Source: Zygnema circumcarinatum SAG 698-1b | Lineage: Eukaryota > Plantae > Zygnematophyceae | Direction: 5' to 3' | Assembly: GCA_037447605.1 (NCBI GenBank) | Contig: CM074820.1 | Coordinates: 2,237,779-2,301,778 of the forward strand | Length of the DNA: 64,000 bases | In this document: positions 42,501 through 54,700 of the stretch, piece after piece | Position numbering within the stretch: the stretch's first letter is position 1 | Layout: every line of letters starts with the position of its first letter | Position numbers and translations under genes: made by a program | Notes under the pieces: model-generated | Seen by the model: the letters and a program-made list of their open reading frames with translations, nothing else | Told to the model about the DNA's origin: nothing | Database searches by the model: none

Positions 42501-45500
42501 GATCATAAAACAATGGGCAATTCCCACAAGGTCAGCTGAATCTGAAGGCACTCTTCGATGAGGCTTGCCCCTTGTACAATACCCATCTGGTCGCCTGCCG
42601 GAAGCTGTGGGCTTGCTCCCTACCTCCGCGCCACTTTGGGTGTCACCCCATTGAATCCTTGAGTTCCTAATGATGAAGACATTCAAACACTCAAAGCTCT
42701 ATCTTACTTTTACTCATCGCCATAACAATGTAATGGAAGCTACAAGACAAGCACAGCCGAAATCACAATGAGAGAGTGTTAGAGAAAGCTCACTACCTAA
42801 AACTCCTTATAATAAAACCGCTCTTCCGCTTAATGAAGTTCTCCCAATACTCAAGCAACCTCTCACTACCACCACGACACAAGTGTAGCAGCCAGCAGCA
42901 CGGAAAGGTGCAATGTAATAAGACCCGACGGTGACAAAGTAGTGTGGGTGGGTTACTCCCATAATAAAAACTACGACTATATAATATGGCGTCCGTGACG
43001 CGACACACATGTCACGCCGCGTCCGCCATTGCAAACCCATGCACCGAAGTCCGGAAAGTGGGCGCACTCGTGAATAGCGAATCGCTAGCTGCCTCAGAAA
43101 CCTACTTCTGCTAGCCGCCGTAATTCTGAAGTTCTTGTCGCTCGCATCACCGTCTGCATAAGATCGCCAAGCCGGGCCACATCTTCCCGCCGCCGCATAC
43201 CTCGCCGTGAAGACTGGGAATCCTCGCTGACCCACATTGCGAGTGGTCCACGGGCGCATTCCGTTCGGGCCGCCAAATATCTTCGCGTCAAGCTCAAGGC
43301 CAAGAACTTTGCGCTTCTCCGCTAAGCTTTCGCGCCGCTGGCCATTAATTCAATCAAAGTCCTCAAGGTTCTGCATTTCATAATCCGCTGCCGCCGACTC
43401 ATCAGTTGCGCCGTCCGCTCAAGGCAAGACATTACATGTGTCAGCTGCCAAGGTTCAATCGGGCCAGCCGTTTCATACTCACAGCATGGGCGCACTCACC
43501 CGGAAGTCGAAAGTAACCCCATTATTCCTAAATCTAAGAGCACTACGCCTAGCGCATCTCATGTTCTACAAACCGAAAATTCACAACAAGTTAGTGTGCC
43601 ATACAATGTCTAACTATCATACACTAACACTCAACAATCCTCTCTTGGGACTCGCCTCATGGCCTCTAGCCCAATCAATCATTGCTCACTAGTAGTGTGT
43701 GTCTCCTCACTCACCCCTTTTGGTCAACATGTTCTGGCAACCGCTTCTTTTGTTCCTACAAACTTCACCACTATCATCCCTTCCTCTACCAACTCTCGCA
43801 CATAATGATATTGCACCCTAATGTGCTTGGTTCTCTTATGAAACACAGGGTTCTCCATGAGGGCTATAGATGACTGGTTGTCCGTAAAAAGAGTCAATGG
43901 TGTTTGTGGTTGCTTACATTCATCAAAGAAATGTTGAACCACATCCCTCCTTCGCCGCATGGCACGCCCTTACGTATTCCTTCGCGTTCTACGCCACCTA
44001 ATCTTGTAACTTCAGCCCATGAGATCGCTTCCTCCGCTCAGAAATTATTAAATCCTAACGCCGATCGCGGACGGTCCACATCACTCCCCAATCGTGAGTC
44101 GTAATTCATCACTCCGTTGGCCCCTCTTTCAAATCCGAGATCGTAATCCAAGGTCCTTTCATTTAACTGCAACTGGCCACTCTTCCCCAATGTTCGTGAC
44201 CGATTCTCCATGAACCGAATACTTGCCGAGTTTCACTACGGCTAAGTCGACGCAGTACCTATCATCGATACATTAAACTTCCCCGGGATGCCGACCAGAC
44301 GGTAATTCGCACATTCTCGCATCCGCGACTGCCGCCGCATCATATCTCGACATCGTGATTCGACCATCGGATTCTCAACAAGGACGCACTCCTCCATTTT
44401 GAACCTGGCAAGTACATCTGCGGAGTACTTCTTCTGTCAATGATATAAACTGCCGTCCTGCCCCCTCTTCAACTGCATTCATAAGAGATACTGCGCCTCC
44501 CCTAGATCCGACATTTTGAAGTTAGCTTCCAAACGCCGCTTCAAATCATTGATTCTCTCCAATGAGAGGCTCACCATTATGAGGTCGTCCACGTAGATCC
44601 CAACGTACATGAGATCCGCCTCTTCTCCTTGTCGGTACACGGAATGATCCGTCTCGAATCGCGCAAATCCGTTACTCCGCAGGAGGTCATCAATTTTCTC
44701 GTACCAAATCCTGGGCGCCTGTTTCAGTCCGTACAGACTCTTCACAAGACGACAAACGATGCTCTCGCCGACAACTTCTTCGGTCGTGTCGGTGATCTCC
44801 TCGGTGATCTCCGCATGTAAACGCCAGCCTTGATATCGAAGTTGATGTAATGCAGCATCCCCTGGGCCGCCGCGAATCGATATTAGGGGTACCGAGGGAG
44901 TTGAATCTCACCACGGGCGGCCCCGTGTAGTCGATTCCGTACGCTCACGAAGTCTTCGCCACCACCGCTTCTTTGTATCGTCGACTTCGTCTCGCTTTTC
45001 GCTTCACCTCGAATAATCTAATTTGCATCCAATGGCCCTCCTTCGACAGCCTCAAGTTTCATGTGCCGCTTCCTCCAAAGAACCGTCCCATTCGCCGCCA
45101 TTGCCGCCGCCACTTCTCTCTCCATCGCACTCGCCGTATGCCTCAAAGGTTTTATGTTCGGGTGATCATAAACAGCAAGCGCCCGCGAGGTCCAACAGTT
45201 CAGAGGGCACTCTTTCCCTGCAGACTAGGTTAGTTCAAGGGCCCTGTAGTGATCAGGCCTCCTCACCACACGGGTGCTCCTCCGAGGTCCTTGCGCCTCC
45301 GGCTCCTCGTGTTGAAGAAAATCCCCGGGACAAACCCGGGAGGCATGCTCGACAACATAGCCTCTCTCACCGCCTCCAAATCCTCGCACTCATGCCCATG
45401 CAAAGGTACAGCTGCCTATTCTCCTCGGCCGGGACGTGTGAGTGTGTAGTGGTGCCGCTCGCCGGTTGGGTGCTCCCGCTTGCGCTCTGCCCAACTCCCA

Positions 45501-48500
45501 CGCCGCCCACGCTCGGGCTGCTCGCTCGCCTCGGGCTCAGCGTGGCCGATTCCTCCGGGTTGACCTCGAGAGGCGCCCATGCCTTCTTTGCCGGTTCCAC
45601 ATCCTCGCATACGTCCAAATTCCTCGCTTTGGGGTGCGGGTCTCACTCTAGCCGAGTCACCGCCCTCTCGCCCAATCGTAACGCCTCGAAGCTCGCGACT
45701 TCGCTTGCTCGAGGGTTCCACACCCGTAGGTGCGATCGCCCATGTTGTAGCCGGTGAAGGTACCCTTCCACGCTCGGGGTCGAACTTTCTTTCTCGCCGC
45801 TTCGCACTGCCGCACGCCAGCCGCCCAGCGTCTTCGTGGGACACCGTGGGTTTCCTCACACTCCACACCTCTTCAGGAACCTGATCCTTAAGCACAGAAG
45901 ATGGGCATCTATTTCTAAGGTAAGTTGCGGTCATCACCGCCTCTCCCCAAAAAGATGCCGAGAAGGGGGAATCTATCAAGATGGTCCGCTATGTCCCCGG
46001 CCCTATTGACCCTCTCGCCAGCCTATTACTTTGAGGGAGTAAGGAGCGTAAAATTATGCCTTATTCCGCTGAAAGCCTTCAAGTACCCGGGCCAAACCTC
46101 TTTCTGATTCTGACTTCTCCTTGTCCGAAAGGCAGCTGTTTTCGCTTCTCAATCGCTTCTCGGCTTCCATCTCGAAGTTCTGCCAATCTCCTAACGCTCC
46201 TCAAAGCTCGTGATTTGTACTTCAGAATTTTCACCCAAATTTTCTCCTCAAAAATCGCCGAGGAAGGTGATGAAGTAGCGAAGCTCCTCCACTCGTTGCC
46301 GGTGTCACGGGTCCACACAAATCGGTATGAACCAATTCCAGTTTCTCTTGCGCGTGAAATGACTCCTCTCCACTCCTCGAGAAAGGTCTCCTGTGCGCTT
46401 TCCCCTCTACACACACTTTGCAAAAGCCTAGCCTCTTCTCAACTACGCCAACGCCTAACCCAAGCGGACTAGCCCTTTGCAAAGAAGTCAAGCAGTGTAA
46501 AATTCCCTATGGTTTAGATGACTGCTCATTTATGCCAAAGATTTATCAAGACCCTCGCCATGCCTATCACACCCTCATCTTTCTCTCCTATAATGAAGGT
46601 AATACGTGCCTCCCTTCATACCCTCAATGTAAACCGCCTCCCCGGACTCTAGGTGAGTAGCGCTACACAAGACTTCTCCTTAAAGGTGACTTCGCACTCT
46701 CTTACATACTTGACTCAATGTATGAAGTTCTCGCTTTCGTGTCGAGGTATGAAGTACGCCACCGGCGCACACAACCGCTTCTTTCTTCTTCAGAGATGAT
46801 AGAGTCACTCAGGATCATCTTTAGCTACACTTCCTTTTGTAATCGCCAATTCTCTCCGTTGCCGAAAGTGAATATCCGTCCTTCCAAGGTGTCCAGCCGT
46901 AGAGAATATTCGGCTGTCGCCACACATGCGGGAAGCGCCAGAAATGACGCCTATACGCTTCTGCATCCGTAACCCGGATCTTCCCAACAAAATCGGGACA
47001 GCCACAAGATGAGATTCGCTTCCACCGCCACTCTGCACTGCGGTTTTGTGGCCTCGCTTGCATTTAAAGTGTATTCCCTTGAATCCCTTTCTAACGGATG
47101 ACGCATGCTCTCCACCCCATCTTGGGTGTTCTTGTTTTGTAATACGTCGAGAAGTGGGTCTGCCTTGCCAAGACGTAGTAACACGCCCCCGCTAGGCATG
47201 CCTCCCCACGGTTCCGCTTCTCGCGCACCTCCTCTTCAATCCTTGTCGTGGAGTGCGCTGCCAACACCTTCTCCCTAAGTGCCTCCAACGTTCGACAGTT
47301 GTTCTCCTCTTGATCCTCCGCCACTTGCTCAAGGGTCACGTTCAAGTAGGAATGTACCCCAAGAGCCGCGAACTGCTACATCAAATCGCCGTGCAGTCCC
47401 CTGGGAAATCAAATATTGATTTTATGGTTCCTCTAATTCAAGTGGTAGCTGCTATAAATCTTCCAGTATTAGAGTATCAAATCTGACCATATATTCACTC
47501 TTCCGGGAGGACATCTTCATTTTCCCAAGCTGCGTGTAAAGGCTGACTATCGTTACGTTATCCTTTACATCATACATCTCCTCTAAGCATCTCCACATAG
47601 CATGTGAAGTCTTAAGGTCATACAACATGGAAGAGAGGACTTCCCTCACGCCATGACGACCGTGAGGGCCTTGTTGTCCTTGGTCTCCTCTATCCGGCGA
47701 AGGCCGTGGTCAACTCCGGACCGCCCGCCAGGCTCCTCCGGCCGCATCACCGTGCCTTGATGGTGCCGGGCTAACGTATTCAACGCCTTGCCCACGAAAG
47801 CAAGCGGGAAATGCCAAAACGCCATTCCCACCCCTTGTAGTCCAACCATCAACGCCGATGAACTTCACGCGGTCTTCCCTCGCCACCTTGGCTGATACCA
47901 CTTGTTGAAGCAGGTTTACTCCCACTTCCTCGCGCCACCTTGGTACGCCTCCATTGGAACTTGAGTTCCCAATGATGAAGACATCTAAACATCACAAAGC
48001 TCTATCTTACTTCACTCATCACCATAACAATGTAATGAAGCTACAAGACAAGCACAAATGGAAATCACAATGAGAGAGTGTTAGAGAAAGTTCACGGCTC
48101 TAAAACTCCTTATAATAAAACTGCTTTCCTCCCAATAATGAAGTTCTCCTTCCACTACTAAGGTCCCTTCACTCACTACTCACGTATTACTGCGTAGGGC
48201 AAAACTTAAGAAGACGAAAGTGTGCACACTGTAATAAGACCCGGTGACTATGACAAAGTAGTGTGGGCGTGGTTACTTCCCTATACAAAACTATGACCAG
48301 AGGGTCAGAGTGAGGCCTGCGACGTGACACACATGTCACGCCGCTGGGCCCAGCCATTGCAAACCCATGCACCGAAGTCCGGAGGGGCGCATCAGTGAAT
48401 AACGACCGCTAGCCGGGCCAGAAACCTACGCAGCAGCCGCCACCTGTTCTTGCTCTGCCGCATACCCGTCTCTGCATAAAAAGATCGCCAAGCTGGGCCG

Positions 48501-50570
48501 CTTCCTTCCCGCCGCCACACACCTCGCCGTACACTCAACTCAAGCGGACCCACATGCGCAGTGGTCCGGGCGCATTCCGCTCGGGCCGCTAAATATCTTT
48601 CTATAAATGCTTCAAGGCTTAACTTTGCTCGCTGTTGCAAGGCCACGCTTAATTACAATCAAAGTTAAGTGCTACGTCTCTGCATTGCCATGAATCTGCG
48701 TATCGCCACACCAATCAAAGTTGCGCGGCCCTCGCTCTCCTCGCCAAGACATGTGTCGGGCCATGCCGCTGGTCTAATCAGCCAGTTGTACTCACAAGAC
48801 CGCGCACTCAATTGAAAGCCGAAAGTAACTGCATATTCCTAAATCTAAGAGCACTACGCTTCATGCATCTCATAAGTGTTCTAAACCGAAAATTCACAAC
48901 AAGTTAGTGTGTGCCATACAATGTCTAACTATCATACACTACCACTAACACCTCCTGTCCCGACTGCTCTTCCTTACCTCTTTCACGCTTCGTCCTCTCG
49001 GATAGAAGTAGAGTCCGGGTACAAAACCTGGAGGCATGTTCGCTAACATTGCCTCTCTCTAGCCGCCTAAGGTCCTTCGACTTGCGTGTACAACACTATC
49101 TCCACGAGCCTTCTCCACCGGATCGAAAGTGTGCAAAGTGGGAATCGCCTCCGCCGTAATTTTGCGACTCCTCCTCAAGATGCTCTTCCTCGGGCGACTT
49201 TCCAACATCAGCTTGCTTGACGCAGCCTGCTGGCTCGGCTCTTCACTCGCGGATGTGTCGCACTCGCGACAAAGGACATCACGCCCACTGCCTCTCCCTC
49301 CTCATACACGCATCCGAAATCCACTTTCGCCGAGGTGAAAGATCCGAGATTCCAACACGCCCAACAAAGACTTCCCTCATCAACCGGTGAATGTCCCTCG
49401 TGCTCGTGACCTCTCCGCAATGAGAGGGTCTCCACACCATATGTGCGGCCGGTGTTATAGCCGAGAACAACCCTCCACCGCCGTCAAACTTCTTCTCGCC
49501 GTGCCTTGGGCGCGCGCCTCAAAGATCGCTGCGCCAAAGGTCCTCGTGGGAAATCAGGGCTTCCTCCCACTCCACATTTGCTCGGGACCCGTCTTTCAAA
49601 AACGTAAGACTACATCATTTCTAATGTACGCATCAAAGAGGAAACTTCTCCCAAAGAAAGTTGGAGCGGGGGAATTGTCAACATATACCAGCCATGTCCC
49701 CAATGTCCGGACATTTCACCGCCACCGCTTCCATTGCTCAGGGGAATAGGGTGACTCATGCCTATACCGCCGTTCTTCAGTATCCGCCGAACTTCGATTT
49801 TGAATTCGCCGCCATTGTTCTGGTGCGTAAAGCCTTCGCCCGACTGCCTCACAAGTTCAAACGGTCGAAGCAGTTCAAAGCCTCCCGGAATTTGCTCCTG
49901 AGGAGCTGCATCCAAATCTTCTCGAGTAATCGCCGCAGGAACGACAAAGTAACGCAGTTCGCCAGCGGTCGCCGGTAATTGGGCCACACAAGTCAATGTA
50001 CCACCCTTAACTCTCTGGCGCCGAGCAGATACTGCTTCACTCATCTAATGGTTCTCAGGTGTTTGCTCCTCCACACACTCCTCGGGTACTAAGTTTCCTT
50101 TCTCCACTACACCTGTCTAGCCCACGGACTAACCCCTTCACAGCCAACTGCTGCATTCCTCTATGGTGTAAGTGACCAAGTCTTCTATGCCATACATCTA
50201 CGGCATTCTCTGAGATTGCATTGACATGCTCATAATTCTCCCTTTTGTAATCAAGAAAATACAGCCCTCCACTCTCATAACCCCTGAACAACTGTCTCCC
50301 AGTTTCTGTATGGATGGCCACGCATGACTTCTCCTCAAACAGAACACTGTATCCTTTCTTACACACTTGGCTAACAGACATGAAATTCTGCTTTAGCTCA
50401 GGGGTGTGAAGAACGTCACCAATTGACAACTTCTCTTGTATGTCTTCTTCATTGATGACCGAGCCGTCTCCGAGTACCATCCTCACGGCTCCACCTCTCG
50501 TCACGGTGACTCCTTCACCGGTTGCTGAATGGACTGAGCGTGTCTTCTCAAAGTTGTCGAGCTTGGAGTG
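39539..50570 (-). mobile_element. Ty1/copia family B element (3' LTR 39539-~40014; RT 40025-42595; integrase/GAG-pre/protease 48951-50570), split by a nested family A element
   Basis: RT motifs CKWVFK, KARLVAKGY, QLDIKTAFL, LYGLKQ, YVDD, GYTDSDWGG. WHRRLGH GAG-pre-integrase motif at ~50170. The LTR-to-RT link crosses an N gap, so it is inferred. Confidence 0.75.
42596..48950 (-). mobile_element. Full-length Ty1/copia family A element (~6.35 kb; LTRs 42596-43636 and 47903-48950)
   Basis: Two ~1.04 kb direct LTRs; tRNA-iMet-type PBS (tggtatcag) at 47891-47900; PPT at ~43637; gag-PR-INT-RT-RH fragments in copia order. The sequence is noisy. Confidence 0.85.
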
Positions 50571-50833
50571 TTAGTGTTAGTGTATGATAGTTAGACATTG
50601 TATGGCACACACTAACTTGTTGTGGTACTCAGTTTGTAGAACATGAGATCTGCTAGGCGTAGTGCTCTTAGATTTAGGAATGTCGGTGCTCTGACTTAGG
50701 TGAGTGCGCCGCGAGTGCGCGGAGTACGAACGAGCGGCGCTGATTGGACGCGGCGCTGACACATGTGCGCGGAGAACGGACGCGCAACTTTGATTGGTCG
50801 AGGCGCGGCCGCGGATTCGCGAAGTACGGACGC
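50571..50833 (+). mobile_element. 5' part of a family A LTR in + orientation, inserted in the protease region of the family B element
   Basis: Begins tgttagtgttagtgtatgatagttagacattg, the reverse complement of the A-LTR terminus; ends at an N gap. Confidence 0.8.
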
Positions 50834-50843
50834 NNNNNNNNNN

Positions 50844-51731
50844 CATGTGTTGAGGTAGAGGAGGAGTTCATGGAGGCAGTAAGTGCTTGGCTACTGCAGT
50901 CGGGGTGTAGGCTATCAGAGAATAGGATAGCGCTCATGTGAGGAGGAGAATCTAGCATAAGGGATTATGTAGATTTCCTCAAAGAGCTTGTATTACACTC
51001 TTGAAGTTTAAGGAGTTTTATGGCCGTGGGCTTTCTCCTTATTACTGCATCATTTATCATGTGAGTCCTCGTGTTGGATTGACGTGGTGGATGAGTGGAG
51101 GCAGCCATTGTATGGGCGGTGTGTTGCTCCACACGAGGAGATCATTGGAGGAGCGTGGACTTGAGGAGCCGAGACCATGGAGGAGTTGAAGTGTTCTTGT
51201 AGGTGTCGCTTTTAGTTTTCCGCTGTGCGCACCTGGCAAGGGGTGGATGGAAGGCAGTTTGTGGAGGAAGCGGTATGTGGCCCAAGTGGAAGATGAAGAA
51301 AGTTTTGAGCTTCATCCGGGCATGTATTTATCCCTTCCTTGAAGTCTGCCCTCTGGGCCCCTTGCACCAACAAGTGGTATCAGAGCTAACGGTTGAAGTC
51401 TTGGAGCATCTAGTGCTTAAAGTTCAGTCTTAGAGCTTATAGTTGTAATCCGAAAGAGTACCAAGTGAGAGTGAGGGTCTTGGAGCATACTAGAGTGGGG
51501 GGTTGCAGATCCTTGAGAGTATGAGTTCCAAAGGGATAGATCCTTGACTAGAGAAAGAGCTGAAGATGTAGTTCTTTGGGGGAGCTGAATAGTTGGCTCA
51601 ACGGTACTCAAGAGGATAGCTATGGTCAAACTCGGAGTCACGTTTTTTGGTTTCGTTTGTAGCAAGCAAGTTGCTGGAATACTCAGTTTTGAGTAGTCAC
51701 AAGGAGAGGATGCGTTTGGAGTACTAGTCTT
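50844..51731 (+). mobile_element. Third LTR type (C): LTR 3' part ending ...gcaccaaca (51372), PBS and non-coding leader
   Basis: TGGTATCAGAGC (tRNA-iMet PBS) at 51375-51386 after CA+AG. The sequence is unlike the A and B LTR bodies and is bounded by N gaps. Confidence 0.7.
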
Positions 51732-51741
51732 NNNNNNNNNN

Positions 51742-54700
51742 GACGGATGACGATGCTCCTCCACCCCGATCTTGGGTGTTCTTGTTCTTGTAACAGTCGG
51801 CCGAGAAGTGGCCCGTCTTGCCGCACGTGTAACACGCTCCCGCAGGGCGTTCCCCACGGTCTGCTCTCGGCGCACCTCCTCTTCGAACTTGTCGTGAGTG
51901 CAGCGCCAACACCTTCTCCTCGGTGCCCCCAACGTCTGCATCTGCTGTTCACTAGTAGTGTCTCCCCACTGACCCCCTTGGTCAACATGTCTGCAGCCTG
52001 CTCTTTTGTTCCTACAAACTTCACCACTATCATCCCTTCCTCTACCAACTCTCGCACATAATGATATTGCACCCTAATGTGCTTGGTTCTCTTATGAAAC
52101 ACAGGGTTCTCCATGAGGGCTATAGATGACTGGTTGTCCGTAAAAAGAGTCAATGGTGTTTGTGGTTGCTTACATTCATCAAAGAAATGTTGGAACCACA
52201 TCCCCTCCTTCGCTGCATGGCACGCTCCCATGTACTCTCCTTCGGTGCTCGACAGCGCCACCGAATCTTGTAACTTCGAGCTCCATGAGATCGCGCCTCC
52301 TCCGTTCAGGAACACAAATCCTGACGTCGATCGTGACGTGTCCACATCACCTCCCCAATCCAGTGATTGTACTGCGTCCGCTCTGGTTGGCCCCCTCTCA
52401 AATCAGAGACCGTAATCCAAGGTCCCTTTCACGAATCTGAAAATCCGCTTCACGGCCTCCCAATGTTCAAGACTGGGATTCTCCATGAACCGACTTGCTG
52501 AGCTCGCGGCTTTTGCCAAGTCAGGACGAGTACCTATCATCAGATACATTAAACTCCCGATTGCCGATCTGTACGGCACTCCGTACATTCTCTGTACCTC
52601 CGCATCTGTCGCCGGCATCATATCTTTCGACAATCGCGTTCCGATTTCCATCGGACTCGAACAAGGACGGCACTCCTCCATTTTGAACCTGGCAAGTACA
52701 TCTGCGGCGTACTTCTTTTGACAAAGAAATAAGCTACCGTCCTGCCCCCTCTTCAACTGCATTCCTAGAAGATACTGCGCCTCCCCTAGATCCGACATTT
52801 TGAAGTTAGCTTCCAAAAGCTGCTTCAAATCATTGATTCTCTCGATGAGGAGGCTCACCTGTTATGAAATTAGATCCGCGTAGATCCCCAGCGTACATGA
52901 GATCCGCCTAACTGCTCGCCCCGGCCGATTTGCGGAATTGATAAGTCTCGAATCAGCGCCAAATCCGTTACTCTGCGGGGAGGGTCATCAATTTTCTGCG
53001 TGCAAATCGCAGGCGCTTTTGTTTCAGTCGTACAAGAGCTCTTCACAAGGCGACAAACGAGATGCTCTGGCGGGACAACTTTCGCCGGGCTGTACCATGT
53101 AGATCTCACCGGCGAGATCTCGCGTGCCGAAGCTTAGCGGTCGCGATGCTCGAGTTGATATGCGTGCATCCCTCTCGGCTAGCTGCGATGATATTAGAGA
53201 CGCGGAGGGAGTTGAACTTCACCGCGAGAAGGTCTCAGGTGTAGTGGAAGTGTTTCCGTCGCACGCCTGGGCTGAAGCCCTTCGCCACCAGCCGCGCCCG
53301 CTTGTATCGATTAAAACACTCCGGAGTCCGCCTTTAACTTCACCTTGAACACCCGCCTCGATGGCCCTCCTTCCGGCAGCTCCTCAAATTAAGCCATGTG
53401 CGTTCTCCGGCAAAGCTGTCCACTTCGGCCGATTCTTTGCTCACCACTTCTCTCCATCGACCCGTCATTAAGCACCTCAAAAGGTTTGCGGTTGGGTGAT
53501 CATAAGCTTGGTGGCTGACTCATAGTCGGTGAGTCTGTAGGCACTCTTTCTGTACTAGGTTGAGCCTGCGAAGGCCTGTAGTGATCAGGCCTCCCTCACC
53601 TACAGATTGCTCCTCGAGGTCCCTTGCGCTCTCGACTCCTGCGTGTTGAAGAAAATCCACGAGGACAAACCCGGGAGGCATGCTCGACAACATAGCCTCT
53701 CTCTCGGTAGTCTCCAAATCCTCGGACTCTGCCCATGCAAAGATGCAGTTTGGCCGAGTTCTCTCCTCGTCGGACGGTGAGTGTGTAGTGGTCGCGGAGT
53801 CTCGAGATGCGAAGGTTGCTTGGCTCCCCGGCTTCGAGTTCAACTCCACGGCCGCCTCCCGTTCGGTTGCTTAAACCGGCTCCTACGCTCTCGAGGCGTC
53901 TTTGATCCTCACGGAGCTAGGACACGAGGCGTCCATGCCTTCTTCGCTGGTCTCCACATCCTCGTACACAATTTCCAAACCTGCCTTTGGGGTGCGGGTC
54001 TCACCTAGCAGTCACGCCCCCTCGTCCAAATGCGTCTCTCGAGCTCACACTTGTTTGCTCGAGGGTTCACCGTGGAGTCTTATTTGTCCATGTTATGTGG
54101 CCAGAAGGTACCCTTCCCGCGGCTCGAGATCAAACTTTCTCTCTACGCGCAAGCCCCGGCGCACAATGGAGCCAGCGCTCAAGGTCTTGGTGGGACCGCG
54201 GTGTTAAGGTTTCTCCCACTCCCACACATAGCCAAGAACCACGATCTTTAAGCCTGAGAAGATGGGCATCTATTTCTAAGGTAAGTTGCGGTCATTACCG
54301 CCTCTCCCCAAAAAGATGCCGGGAAGGGGAATCTATCAGCATGGTCCGCGCCATGTCCCCCAACGTCCTATTGACCCTCTCAGCAGCTCCATTACTTTGA
54401 GGGGAGTAAGGAGCAGAAAATTCATGCCTTATTCCGCGAGCCTTCAAGTACCCGCCGAACTCCTTCGACTTGAATTCCCTCCGTTGTCGGCGCCCGGCGT
54501 CTGATTTCGACCGCTCTCTTCGCTCCATAAAGATGCATGCCAATCTTTGAGCGCTCCAGCTTGAGATTTGGCAGAATTTTTCTTTAAATTTTCCTCGAAA
54601 AATCGTAGAGGAAGGTGATTAAGTAGCGAGCTCCTCCGCTCGTTGCCGTTGTCACGGGTCCACACAAATCGGTATGTACCAATTCCAGTTTCTCCTGCGT

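Noticed and set aside
51742-51945. gag fragment fused directly to an RNase H end as a novel rearranged element
   Set aside because: It starts at an N gap and duplicates 55440-55640; more likely a mis-join than biology.
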